A stretch of DNA of 26,456 bases from Candidatus Cloacimonadota bacterium (GCA_029564175.1 JAKQQL010000183.1:1-26456), one strand, 5' to 3'. Counted from the stretch's first letter, positions 17,807 to 26,456 are shown. Made by a program: numbers and translations. The notes: generated by a model from the letters alone, not told the origin.

Positions 17807-19112
17807 ACTCAACATAAAAAAATACACAGACATCCTCTCAAAAATCAATTCAATCAAACAAAATGGAACTGTTTCACAAATCATTGGTTTGATTGTTGAA
17901 TCACTAGGTCCCTCTGCTTCAATTGGTGACATCTGTTATATCCATACCAATGATGGAACGGTACATCAAGCAGAAGTGGTTGGCTTTAAAAATGAAAAAA
18001 CATTGCTTATGCCATTAAAAGAATTATACGGAATTGCACCAGGAAACAGGGTTTCAACCTTTCGAGAACCGTTTTCCGTTTCTGTTGGTGATGAACTCAA
18101 GGGCAGAGTACTTGATGGTCTGGGTAATCCGATAGACGAAAAAGAATATCTGAAATTGAAAGAAAAAAGATCAGTCTATGCTTCTCCCCCAAATCCACTT
18201 ACGAGAGAACGTATCACAAAACCATTACAATTGGGTATAAGAGCAATTGATGGACTGTTAACTTGTGGAAAAGGGCAAAGAACGGGTATTTTTGCTGGTA
18301 GTGGTGTTGGGAAAAGTGTACTCCTTGGTATGATGGCAAGATATACAAAAGCAGATGTAAATGTCATAGCACTAATTGGAGAGCGTGGTCGTGAAGTTAG
18401 AGATTTCATTGAAAATGATCTTGGAGAAGAAGGATTAAAACGTTCTGTAGTCATTGTTGCGACCTCAGATCAAGCGGCTCTTACAAGGATTAAAGGCGCA
18501 TTAGTTGCAACAACCATTGCCGAATATTTCAGAGATCAGGGTTTAAATGTGTTACTTATGATGGACTCTGTAACACGTTACTGTATGGCTTTACGTGAAA
18601 TAGGACTGGCTGTAGGAGAACCTCCAACGACAAAAGGTTACACACCATCCGTTTTTGCTGCACTTCCAAAACTACTAGAAAGGGCTGGTACATCTCAAAA
18701 AGGGACTATTACAGGTTTATATACTGTACTGGTTGAAGGTGATGATATGGATGAACCTATCGCTGATGCTGCTAGATCTATACTGGATGGTCATATTGTA
18801 TTATCCAGAAAAATTGCAGCTAAGGGTCACTATCCAGCTATTGATATTTTAAGTAGTATCAGCCGCGTTATGAACAGCGTTGCAGATAAAGAACATAAAG
18901 AAAAAGCAAAAAATGCATTTGAAATACTGGCTACTTACAGAGAATCTGAAGATATGATCAATATCGGAGCTTACTCAAAAGGTGCAAATGCTCGTATCGA
19001 CTATGCAATTGAAAAAATTGACCAAGTAAATAAATTTCTTCAACAACGAATAGAAGAATCTTCCTCTTTTGAAGAAACTGTAAACTATCTTAAACAACTG
19101 GTGGGAAAATGA
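17796..19112 (+). CDS. fliI: Flagellar type III export ATPase FliI
   Basis: Walker A motif GIFAGSGVGKS; GERGREV, MDSVTR, GEPPTTKGY and LDGHIVLSR. Confidence 0.97.
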   Translation: MLNKLNIKKYTDILSKINSIKQNGTVSQIIGLIVESLGPSASIGDICYIHTNDGTVHQAEVVGFKNEKTLLMPLKELYGIAPGNRVSTFREPFSVSVGDELKGRVLDGLGNPIDEKEYLKLKEKRSVYASPPNPLTRERITKPLQLGIRAIDGLLTCGKGQRTGIFAGSGVGKSVLLGMMARYTKADVNVIALIGERGREVRDFIENDLGEEGLKRSVVIVATSDQAALTRIKGALVATTIAEYFRDQGLNVLLMMDSVTRYCMALREIGLAVGEPPTTKGYTPSVFAALPKLLERAGTSQKGTITGLYTVLVEGDDMDEPIADAARSILDGHIVLSRKIAAKGHYPAIDILSSISRVMNSVADKEHKEKAKNAFEILATYRESEDMINIGAYSKGANARIDYAIEKIDQVNKFLQQRIEESSSFEETVNYLKQLVGK

Positions 19113-20161
19113 AAAAACTAATACTTTTAAGTCTTATCATGGGTATCTTATCAAATCTTCCTTCAATTGTGATTTACAAAAACTATTCATCGGACAAAAA
19201 CCTAAAAACACTGAGGTTTAGTATGTTAAACGATTCAACAGCAACATCACATGAGTTTGTAAAATCATATATGGACACCATCAATATTCATTACAATGAG
19301 AATAAAATAATCATACCAATACAGAAACAGATTATTCCTGCTTTAGACAGCATCTCAACAAAAGAAAAAATCCTGGTGATGTCTGATATTGAAGGCAATT
19401 TTGAAGCCTTTTATCAGTTACTATTGAGTAATAAAGTAATAGATAAAAACGGAAACTGGATTTTTTCTAAAGGACAATTGGTTATCGTAGGTGATATGGT
19501 TGATCGAGGAGATAAAGTTCATGAATGCCTCTATCTGCTTTATAAGATCGATTATCAGGCTTATCAGGCAGGAGGAAGAGTACACTATCTTATTGGAAAT
19601 CATGACTTAATGCTGATGACAGGCGATGACCGTTATGCTCATCCAAAGTATAAAGCAATGGCTAAATCACTCAATCAACCTGTAAAAGATATGTATGCTC
19701 AGGACACGATCATTGGTAGCTGGATGAGAAGTAAAAAGATCATTTTAAAAATCAATGATAAATTATTCGTGCATGCTGGAATTAGTCTTCAACTGATTCA
19801 GAATAATTACACTATTCTCGAGATTAATCAGTCTTTTTCTGATTTTCTTAATCATCAAATCATGAATGATAGAATTCAATTTCTCTTGAGAAGCTATGGA
19901 CCCATCTGGTATCGAGGAATGGTAATGGATTATAAATCAGACCTCAAAATCTCTCAAAGCGATTTTAATACTATCTTAAACTATTTTTCAGTCAATCGTA
20001 TATTCATTGGGCATACAGTTGTTGAACAAATATCAAGTGATTATTCAGGAAAACTCATTAGAGTTGATGTTGATCATTATGAGAATGCTCAGGCTTTGAT
20101 GATTACAAATAAAAGTATCAAAGTTTACAATCTAAAAGGTGAAGTTCAAGAAATAAAATAG
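19109..20161 (+). CDS. Calcineurin-like metallophosphoesterase (Shewanella-like phosphatase-related) with probable signal peptide
   Basis: Motifs SDIEGN, GDMVDRG, GNHD, HAG, GPIWYRG and GHT; N-terminus MKK plus hydrophobic stretch; ATGA overlap with fliI. Confidence 0.88.
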   Translation: MKKLILLSLIMGILSNLPSIVIYKNYSSDKNLKTLRFSMLNDSTATSHEFVKSYMDTINIHYNENKIIIPIQKQIIPALDSISTKEKILVMSDIEGNFEAFYQLLLSNKVIDKNGNWIFSKGQLVIVGDMVDRGDKVHECLYLLYKIDYQAYQAGGRVHYLIGNHDLMLMTGDDRYAHPKYKAMAKSLNQPVKDMYAQDTIIGSWMRSKKIILKINDKLFVHAGISLQLIQNNYTILEINQSFSDFLNHQIMNDRIQFLLRSYGPIWYRGMVMDYKSDLKISQSDFNTILNYFSVNRIFIGHTVVEQISSDYSGKLIRVDVDHYENAQALMITNKSIKVYNLKGEVQEIK

Positions 20162-20205
20162 CATTTTTAACTTTTTTGCTTATATTGTAAAAAAAGGAGG
20201 TAGTT

Positions 20206-21921
20206 TTGAAAGGAGCAATTCACATAACACACGAAGCTGCAAAGAAAATTGGTGGTATAGGAGCTGTTCTTTCAGGCATTTGCACCAGTGAACACTATCT
20301 TTCAAATTACCACAGAACCTTTTTCTATGGACCTTTGTTTGAAGATGGTCATGATACAAAAGACAGATTAGGCAATGATTCTGTGATACTATTTTCCAAT
20401 CTTGACAATATCTATAATTCACTCTATGACAAAAGCTTAAACGTCATTGTAGATAAATATAATATTGATATTGTCTATGGGCAGAAAGAAATCTATGATG
20501 ATATTCATCCTTCAAAAAGAACAACAATAGATATCATCCTGATAGGCATCAAATCTATTAGAAAAGATTTACTTGATATTTTCAAGTTTAATCTCTGGGA
20601 AAGATTTCAGTTTAATTGTCAGTTATACGAGTCTGATTGGGATTTTGAACAATATCTGCGAATCGCCTTACCTTTAAGAAGTGTGTTTAATATTTTCTTT
20701 ACTTCTGATGATCAGGTTGATTATTTCTCACATGAATATATGGGTATCTGTTCCTGCCTTTCTATTCTTAAAGAAAAAAGAGAAAATGAACGCTTGTTTT
20801 TCTATGCCCATGAAGTATCTACTGCCAGAGTAGTAGTTGAAGGTCATCAAGGACATGATATCAGCTTTTATAACATTCTAAAATCCGATCTTCAGGAGCA
20901 TATCTCACTCGAAGAGCGTTTTGGTTCAAAAAAACACAATTCAAGAAATGAGCTCATCAAATATGCCAAGCATTTTGATAAAATTTTTGCTGTAGGAGAT
21001 TGGGTTAAAAAAGAGTTTCAATACCTTGTCCCAGATGTAGATTCTTCAATTATTGACATTACCTATAATGGTATTCCAGTTAACAGAGTAGAATTTAATG
21101 ATAAGTTAAAAAGCAGACAGAAAATTCAAACATATTGTGAAAATTTGTTTAATTTTATACCAGATGTAATTATGACTCACGTTTCCAGACTTGTCATCAG
21201 TAAAGGCTTATGGCGAGATATCAGTATGCTTGAATATCTGGATAATTATTTCCATGAAAATCATATTAAAGGATTTTTTATTATCTTATCATCTTTGATA
21301 GGTCCCGGAAGACCAGATTCAGATATTTTTAAAATGGAAAAGGAATATGGATGGCCTGTTTGGCATAAAGAAAACTGGCCGGATATGGTTGGTTATGAAA
21401 ATGATATCTTCTGGTCTTTGCATTATTTTAATGCCAAATCGAGAAACATTAAAGCTGTATTTTTAAATCAATATGGATTCAACACACAACGTGTTGGAAA
21501 CAGATTACCAGAAAATACTGATTTTTCAGATTTAAGAATTGCTTCTGATGCAGAATTTGGTATGTCAATTTACGAACCATTTGGAATTGCACAGATAGAG
21601 ACAGTTCCCTATGGTGGCATTGCCTTATTAAGCAGAGCCTGTGGATCCTCATTCTTACTAGAAAAGGGTTGGGAGAATGAGAATGTTAAACCTTACCATA
21701 TCATTGATTTTGCAGAAAATGCCGGTTCTCACAAGCACTTTCTACAAATGAATTCTGCAGAACGTACCCATATTGAAAAACATATTATGAAAAACGAAGC
21801 TAAAACAGTATTCCAAAAAATACCCAAAACGGACAAAGAAAGAGAATTAATGTTTAATGCTTGCATTGATAAATCACTTTGTCTTGAATGGAACTCAATT
21901 ACGAAAAATATCATATTATAA
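20206..21921 (+). CDS. GT-B glycosyltransferase, GT3/glycogen-synthase-like
   Basis: TTG start with AGGAGG SD; HEAAKKIGGIGAV resembles the GT3 EVxNKVGGI motif; SHEYM, YNG and SIYEPFGIAQIE motifs. Confidence 0.7.
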   Translation: MKGAIHITHEAAKKIGGIGAVLSGICTSEHYLSNYHRTFFYGPLFEDGHDTKDRLGNDSVILFSNLDNIYNSLYDKSLNVIVDKYNIDIVYGQKEIYDDIHPSKRTTIDIILIGIKSIRKDLLDIFKFNLWERFQFNCQLYESDWDFEQYLRIALPLRSVFNIFFTSDDQVDYFSHEYMGICSCLSILKEKRENERLFFYAHEVSTARVVVEGHQGHDISFYNILKSDLQEHISLEERFGSKKHNSRNELIKYAKHFDKIFAVGDWVKKEFQYLVPDVDSSIIDITYNGIPVNRVEFNDKLKSRQKIQTYCENLFNFIPDVIMTHVSRLVISKGLWRDISMLEYLDNYFHENHIKGFFIILSSLIGPGRPDSDIFKMEKEYGWPVWHKENWPDMVGYENDIFWSLHYFNAKSRNIKAVFLNQYGFNTQRVGNRLPENTDFSDLRIASDAEFGMSIYEPFGIAQIETVPYGGIALLSRACGSSFLLEKGWENENVKPYHIIDFAENAGSHKHFLQMNSAERTHIEKHIMKNEAKTVFQKIPKTDKERELMFNACIDKSLCLEWNSITKNIIL

Positions 21922-21930
21922 GGAGAATTT

Positions 21931-22137
21931 ATGAAACCTTTATTTACTTTTAAAGATAACCACTTAGGTGAAATCAATATTGTTATCCCAAAAATCCGTG
22001 AAGTAAGCCGTGGACTGGGTTCAATTATCGTTACCTTTGACAATGGAGATAAACGAAATATTGAAACCAAAAATCAAACTGAGTTAATGGAAGAGATTGT
22101 CCAGGCTATCAACCTGTACTACGATAGTATTAAATAA
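21931..22137 (+). CDS. Small hypothetical protein, possibly distant FlbD/SwrD-like fold
   Basis: AGGAG SD; 68 aa; beta-rich pattern IREV..IIVTFDNGDKRNIE followed by an amphipathic helix. Confidence 0.7.
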   Translation: MKPLFTFKDNHLGEINIVIPKIREVSRGLGSIIVTFDNGDKRNIETKNQTELMEEIVQAINLYYDSIK

Positions 22138-22141
22138 TCTC

Positions 22142-22170
22142 TTGACATATTATTATGTATTTTGTAACTT
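22142..22170 (+). promoter_or_regulatory. Putative sigma70 promoter for the response regulator
   Basis: TTGACA-N17-TAACTT. Confidence 0.55.
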
Positions 22171-22209
22171 GATATATAATGCTAGATTGTCTTAGAAATA
22201 GGAGTTAAT

Positions 22210-22608
22210 ATGAATTCCAGACGAATTTTAATCCTCGATGATGAAGATATGATCAGAATGCTTCTTAGAAGGCTACTTGAAAAAAAAGGTTTTGAGATAG
22301 TTGAAGCAAGCTCTGCTGAAGAGGCTTTAGAGATTTTAAAAAATGATTTTATTCAGATTATGTTTTTTGATTTAATGCTACCTGGTATGAATGGTATTGA
22401 GCTTTGCAAACTAGTAAAAAAGCAACATCCTATCGCCATTATATATGCAATGACAGGATATACATCTGTTTTTGAGCTTGCATCCACAAGGGAAGCAGGA
22501 TTTGATGATTACTTCCTGAAACCTTTAAAACTTGACATTATATTAAAAGCCGCTGAAGATGCCGTAGAAAAACTTAGCAGATGGATGCGTTTAAAGCCAA
22601 GTAATTAA
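22210..22608 (+). CDS. Single-domain response regulator (CheY-like receiver)
   Basis: ILILDDE acidic pocket; phosphoacceptor in FDLMLPGMNG; MTG and LKP; no output domain. Confidence 0.92.
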   Translation: MNSRRILILDDEDMIRMLLRRLLEKKGFEIVEASSAEEALEILKNDFIQIMFFDLMLPGMNGIELCKLVKKQHPIAIIYAMTGYTSVFELASTREAGFDDYFLKPLKLDIILKAAEDAVEKLSRWMRLKPSN

Positions 22609-25600
22609 AATTCAGCTTTAACTTCCATTCGAATCTGATGTACAGCTTCTCTTTGAGGATAATCTGATCCTGAATATTCGAAGGAAATTTGAGTATATTG
22701 ATTAAATCGGTAATAAACATTATTATTCCATCTATAGTTCATTCCTTTTAATTTATTTTCAGGAAGATATAAATTAAATGAATAGTCTGATTTATTTTCA
22801 GTTAAGTCGATTTTACTGTTTATCCTGTATTTATCTCCGATAAATATCATGATATCTTCACTTATCGATCTTTGTTGATTGTTCCACGAATAGATTTGAT
22901 TTTGATTTTTTTCAGAACTTATCAGAAACGTCGTATTAATAATCATATTGTTTCTTATCTTATATGTTAGACGTAGTTCATTCTTTAAACAGCTTGTCTT
23001 TAATAAATATTTGGAATCATATTCATTAGATGTGATTAAAGAATATTCCCAATCACTATTCAAATACCGGGAAAAAATACCTGTCCATTCATGACTTTCT
23101 AATCGATTTTCAATACTACTCTGATAGCGGTTATCTAGTGCATTCTCTTTATTGTACGCATATTTAAATACAAGTTTATTGGGAATATAATTAAACCAAA
23201 CTGTTTGTTTAAACATCTGTTTTCCATATACGGTAACAGAATCCTTCATCAAATAATCAGTATTAAGCAGATATACCTGATATTTATTCGATTCTTTTGT
23301 ACTTTCATATACATATAACCAAGTATCTGATTGTAACTTTTTTAGAATGCTCCCTTTTGAAATCTTGTTAAAACTGAGTATTGTACTGAAATCTGCTTTT
23401 AAATCAACTGTTTGAACAGGTGAACCAGATTGAACATATACCCAATCATATTCTCCATTTTCAACCATAACACCTGTACTGTCATAGATTCCTAAGCTAC
23501 TTCCCACATACTGTAATTCTCTGATTTTAGGGTAGTACTCCAGATTACTGATTGAATAATTAACATAGGATTGTATAAAATCTTTTAATAAACTGTTATT
23601 ACCACGATACTCAGCAAAATCAAACTTCTGATTAGTACCTGAGCGAGAATATTCGATGTTTTTTCTTGCATATAGAATAGAATTAGTGTTCATCGTCTTA
23701 GAAAACATCCCCTCAAAACCGTACATAGCAGAAGTATAATCAAGTTGATAATTTTGCTGCCAGTTAAAACGCTTTTCTTTGCTGAAAGTCAATCCGATTG
23801 TTGTGTATTGATATTCTTTAGTCTTTAATTCAATTTTATTCTTTTCATTTTTATATGCATTTTGAATAGTATCATTTTTTGTTGTTCTGTTTTCCAGATA
23901 TTCTCCAGTAACTAATATTTTTGCAAGTTTATTTTGCCATCCTGTGTTAATCTGATGATTATGAAGTTCCAATTGTATGTTATTATTAACGACTTGTTTT
24001 CCAGTTATCATAGAGTATCTGATCTCAGGTATCAAATTCTGTTGTTTAAAATCAATCTCATTGATCAATCTTATTTGTCGGTCAAATCCATCATGTTTTA
24101 TCAAATTCATATAGAATTTATTACTTAAAGCTTCATAAAATGTAAAATCAAACTTCCCCAAATAACTTCTGCTACTGAGTGAATCAGGTGCAATAAAATA
24201 GTAAAATTGATTATCAGATGATTCACTTATATCAGAAAATGAAAACAAGTTTTTCTTTTTTTCTAGATAGTTTAATGTAAGAATGGGGTTTAACCAAAAA
24301 ACTGGAGGTTTTAAAACAATTTCAGCCTGATGTATATAAGCATTGTCATCATTACTATCCATGTTGGAATAGATGTTTTTATCATTTTCTGATAATAATA
24401 TTTCATAATTTAATTGGTAAAATTCTTTTTCTAAATTAATTCTAAAATCCCAATTAGCTTTGTATTCAGGAGCTATAATTCTTATAAACGGTAAGTAACT
24501 ACCTTGACCAATTCCCTGATACTCATAAATATCAATTCCGACCGCATCATAGTCCCCTTGATTAAGACCTACATAAGTAAAACTAACATTGTATCTGGCT
24601 AAACTGTCTTCTGGAGCATAAACATAATAATTTTCATTAGCAATACTGACTTTCTTATACTTACCAAAACCATATCCTACATCTTCTTCACCTGATACAT
24701 ATACCGGCTTATCACCTGAATTTTTTAATGTTTGGATATCCTCATCACTAAAACTATAGGAGATCGGATTATTTTTATCATCAATACTCATGATATGATG
24801 GGTTGAGAATGAAAGTCCATCAGTAATTTTGAATTTATTCTCAAACAAATACAAGTTCTTCCGATAGTATTCATCAGAATATTGAAAAGTAGCTTTTATT
24901 CGATTTTGTTGTGATATAATATATTTGATTAAAAAAGTAATGCTGCCTTCATCATAATCAATAAAATAATCTTCTCCTCTTTGCATTAATTGAGAATCTA
25001 AGAATATCTCTTCTGTACCTGATATGATTTTGACATTGGTTCCAAAATTGTTAGGTTTTAGATAGTAGGGACCTTGTTTTCCTTCTACACCATAGAAATC
25101 TATGATAGCAGTCTTACTTTTAGATAGAGCTACTGCAGCCTGAGCTTCATTTTCATTGTAATACTTTGCTTTTACTCCTTCAAACTTATTTATATAATTA
25201 ATGAAACGGGTATCATCATATACAATTTCTAAATCTCCAAATGCAAGTTCATATTGTTTTCCATATAAACGAAAGTAAATCTGATCCAAATTGCTTAACT
25301 CACGCGTGTTTCCTTCAGGAGTAATTGGTGACTGACTGTCATTTAGCTGAGCATCAATAAAAACATTTTCCGATAGTTCTCCGTTTATTTTTAAATTCAT
25401 AGACTGATTGATACTTAAATCATCCTGATTACCAAATGATACAGAAATAGTTTTACTACCTGATATTGATAGTTTATTCTGACTATTCCAATTTTCAAAT
25501 AAGTCTTTTTTCGGTCTTTTTATCAATAATGAATCACTTGGGTTTTGTATTTCATATTTATACAATGTAGTTAGAATTTCTTTTGAATAAGTAGAATAAT

Positions 25601-25907
25601 ATATTTTTATGAGTGATATGTTATCTTTCATAATTATTATACTACTTGTATGATAATTAATTAAGTAATCTCTTTCATTAACTAATACAGTATCATTGAC
25701 GCTAACAGTTTCAGAATTAGGAACTGTTGCTATTTCATCATAGCTGATTAACTCATACTTATCATTTACATTTAGCGTCTTATAATGCTTTTCAAACAAG
25801 CTGTTTGCAAAAATCATTGTACTTATCAATACTAAAAGCAAGCAAATATACATTCTTTTTCTTATCATAGATGAATAATTCTTATATCGGTCAAAATTGT
25901 CAATCAT
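22605..25907 (-). CDS. Large outer-membrane beta-barrel protein with SprA-like motifs
   Basis: GAGGG SD; signal-peptide-like segment; many alternating beta-strand segments; C-terminal Phe (MEVKAEF); two copies of an xExV/IxxxxxxL/MxxxxDYxIxYxxxxI motif. Confidence 0.75.
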   Translation of the reverse strand: MIDNFDRYKNYSSMIRKRMYICLLLVLISTMIFANSLFEKHYKTLNVNDKYELISYDEIATVPNSETVSVNDTVLVNERDYLINYHTSSIIIMKDNISLIKIYYSTYSKEILTTLYKYEIQNPSDSLLIKRPKKDLFENWNSQNKLSISGSKTISVSFGNQDDLSINQSMNLKINGELSENVFIDAQLNDSQSPITPEGNTRELSNLDQIYFRLYGKQYELAFGDLEIVYDDTRFINYINKFEGVKAKYYNENEAQAAVALSKSKTAIIDFYGVEGKQGPYYLKPNNFGTNVKIISGTEEIFLDSQLMQRGEDYFIDYDEGSITFLIKYIISQQNRIKATFQYSDEYYRKNLYLFENKFKITDGLSFSTHHIMSIDDKNNPISYSFSDEDIQTLKNSGDKPVYVSGEEDVGYGFGKYKKVSIANENYYVYAPEDSLARYNVSFTYVGLNQGDYDAVGIDIYEYQGIGQGSYLPFIRIIAPEYKANWDFRINLEKEFYQLNYEILLSENDKNIYSNMDSNDDNAYIHQAEIVLKPPVFWLNPILTLNYLEKKKNLFSFSDISESSDNQFYYFIAPDSLSSRSYLGKFDFTFYEALSNKFYMNLIKHDGFDRQIRLINEIDFKQQNLIPEIRYSMITGKQVVNNNIQLELHNHQINTGWQNKLAKILVTGEYLENRTTKNDTIQNAYKNEKNKIELKTKEYQYTTIGLTFSKEKRFNWQQNYQLDYTSAMYGFEGMFSKTMNTNSILYARKNIEYSRSGTNQKFDFAEYRGNNSLLKDFIQSYVNYSISNLEYYPKIRELQYVGSSLGIYDSTGVMVENGEYDWVYVQSGSPVQTVDLKADFSTILSFNKISKGSILKKLQSDTWLYVYESTKESNKYQVYLLNTDYLMKDSVTVYGKQMFKQTVWFNYIPNKLVFKYAYNKENALDNRYQSSIENRLESHEWTGIFSRYLNSDWEYSLITSNEYDSKYLLKTSCLKNELRLTYKIRNNMIINTTFLISSEKNQNQIYSWNNQQRSISEDIMIFIGDKYRINSKIDLTENKSDYSFNLYLPENKLKGMNYRWNNNVYYRFNQYTQISFEYSGSDYPQREAVHQIRMEVKAEF

Positions 25908-26045
25908 AAAATCCCTCTATAATAATTACCCGGACAAAACATCATTATTACATCTTTTTGTTAGTATTATTTAAAAATATATTCGCAGATCAATCGTTTT
26001 CCCTACATAATCAGTTCTTATTAGTCATTCGTCTCAATTATCAAA

Positions 26046-26054
26046 ATTATACCA
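26046..26054 (-). promoter_or_regulatory. Putative extended -10 promoter for the outer-membrane protein gene
   Basis: Minus strand reads TGGTATAAT (TGn-TATAAT) about 140 nt upstream of the ATG at 25907. Confidence 0.45.
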
Positions 26055-26129
26055 CGTTTATAATTCAAATCGCTCAGGACGGTTTTTAAGTCAAATGCAC
26101 TTAATACCCACTTTTTTATCCGTTTTAAT

Positions 26130-26314
26130 CAGCGTTATCCGTGTCAAAATATATTTCCTTTACGCAAGCTGGTAGCTTACGTTACAGCGTTATCCGTGTC
26201 AAAATATATTTTCTTTTCGCAAGCTGGTAGCTTGCGTTACAGAGTTATCCGTGTCAAAATATATTTTCTTTTCGCAAGCTGGTAGCTTGCGTTACAGCAT
26301 ATTCCGCGTCAAAA
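26130..26314. repeat. 55-bp tandem repeat (3 full copies plus a partial) with REP-like palindromes
   Basis: Units start at 26130, 26185, 26240 and 26295 (partial). Each full unit carries CGCAAGCT-GGT-AGCTTRCG followed by TTAC. Confidence 0.92.
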
Positions 26315-26317
26315 CGC

Positions 26318-26346
26318 AAAAAAGCACAGAAATGAATCTGTGCTTT
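26318..26346 (-). terminator. Intrinsic terminator downstream of 5S rRNA
   Basis: 10-bp stem AAAGCACAGA/TCTGTGCTTT with a 6-nt loop; U-tract on the minus strand. Confidence 0.85.
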
Positions 26347-26367
26347 AAAAGTCAAAAGAGGATCAAT

Positions 26368-26456
26368 GATGGCGGCTTTCTACTCTCCCACACAGTTTCC
26401 CATGCAGTACCATCGACGTTAGTGAGCTTAACTGCTGTGTTCGGAATGGGTACAGG
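26368..26456 (-). rRNA. rrf: 5S rRNA, 3' portion (truncated by window end)
   Basis: Reverse complement of conserved 5S segments: TGGCGGC..CTACTCTCCC, GCAGTACCATCG, GCTTAACT and TGTTCGGAATGGG.ACAGG. Confidence 0.96.

Noticed and set aside
17796..19112. Injectisome SctN or F1 ATPase beta subunit
   Set aside because: The flgB, flgC, fliE and fliG neighbours are flagellum-specific.
13960..21729. Minus-strand ORFs overlapping fliE, fliF, fliG, fliH, fliI, the phosphatase and the GT gene
   Set aside because: They are shadow frames of conserved plus-strand genes.
22210..22608. Calling the receiver protein cheY
   Set aside because: It is a generic receiver domain with its own putative promoter and no che genes nearby.
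26130..26314. CRISPR array
   Set aside because: The units are near-identical along their whole length with no unique spacers, and no cas genes are present.

Overview
AT-rich chromosomal window from an anaerobic diderm bacterium; the gene content suggests FCB-group, possibly Cloacimonadota, but that is inference only. In order it holds: (1) the end of a sensory [FeFe]-hydrogenase operon (PAS-containing HydS-like 3' end, SpoIIE/PP2C phosphatase, HydC/NuoE, HydB/NuoF) that terminates with no catalytic HydA; (2) a minus-strand mutL-miaA-parvulin operon; (3) a 20-codon leader ORF, a CPA2 antiporter, an NYN/cold-shock fusion and a GT4 glycosyltransferase; (4) a sigma54-type flagellar basal-body cluster flgB-flgC-orf102-fliE-fliF-fliG-fliH-fliI, where a signal-peptide-bearing metallophosphatase sits in the usual fliJ position and FliF lacks the GVPG-containing beta-collar loop; (5) a GT3-like glucan synthase, a small possibly FlbD-like protein and a stand-alone receiver protein; (6) a convergent 1100-aa SprA-like outer-membrane protein; (7) a 55-bp tandem REP-like array; (8) the terminator and 3' part of a 5S rRNA gene on the minus strand. 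The best leads are the modified flagellar/T3SS-like cluster, the orphan HydBC module and the REP array, in which one variant base creates a sigma70 promoter.
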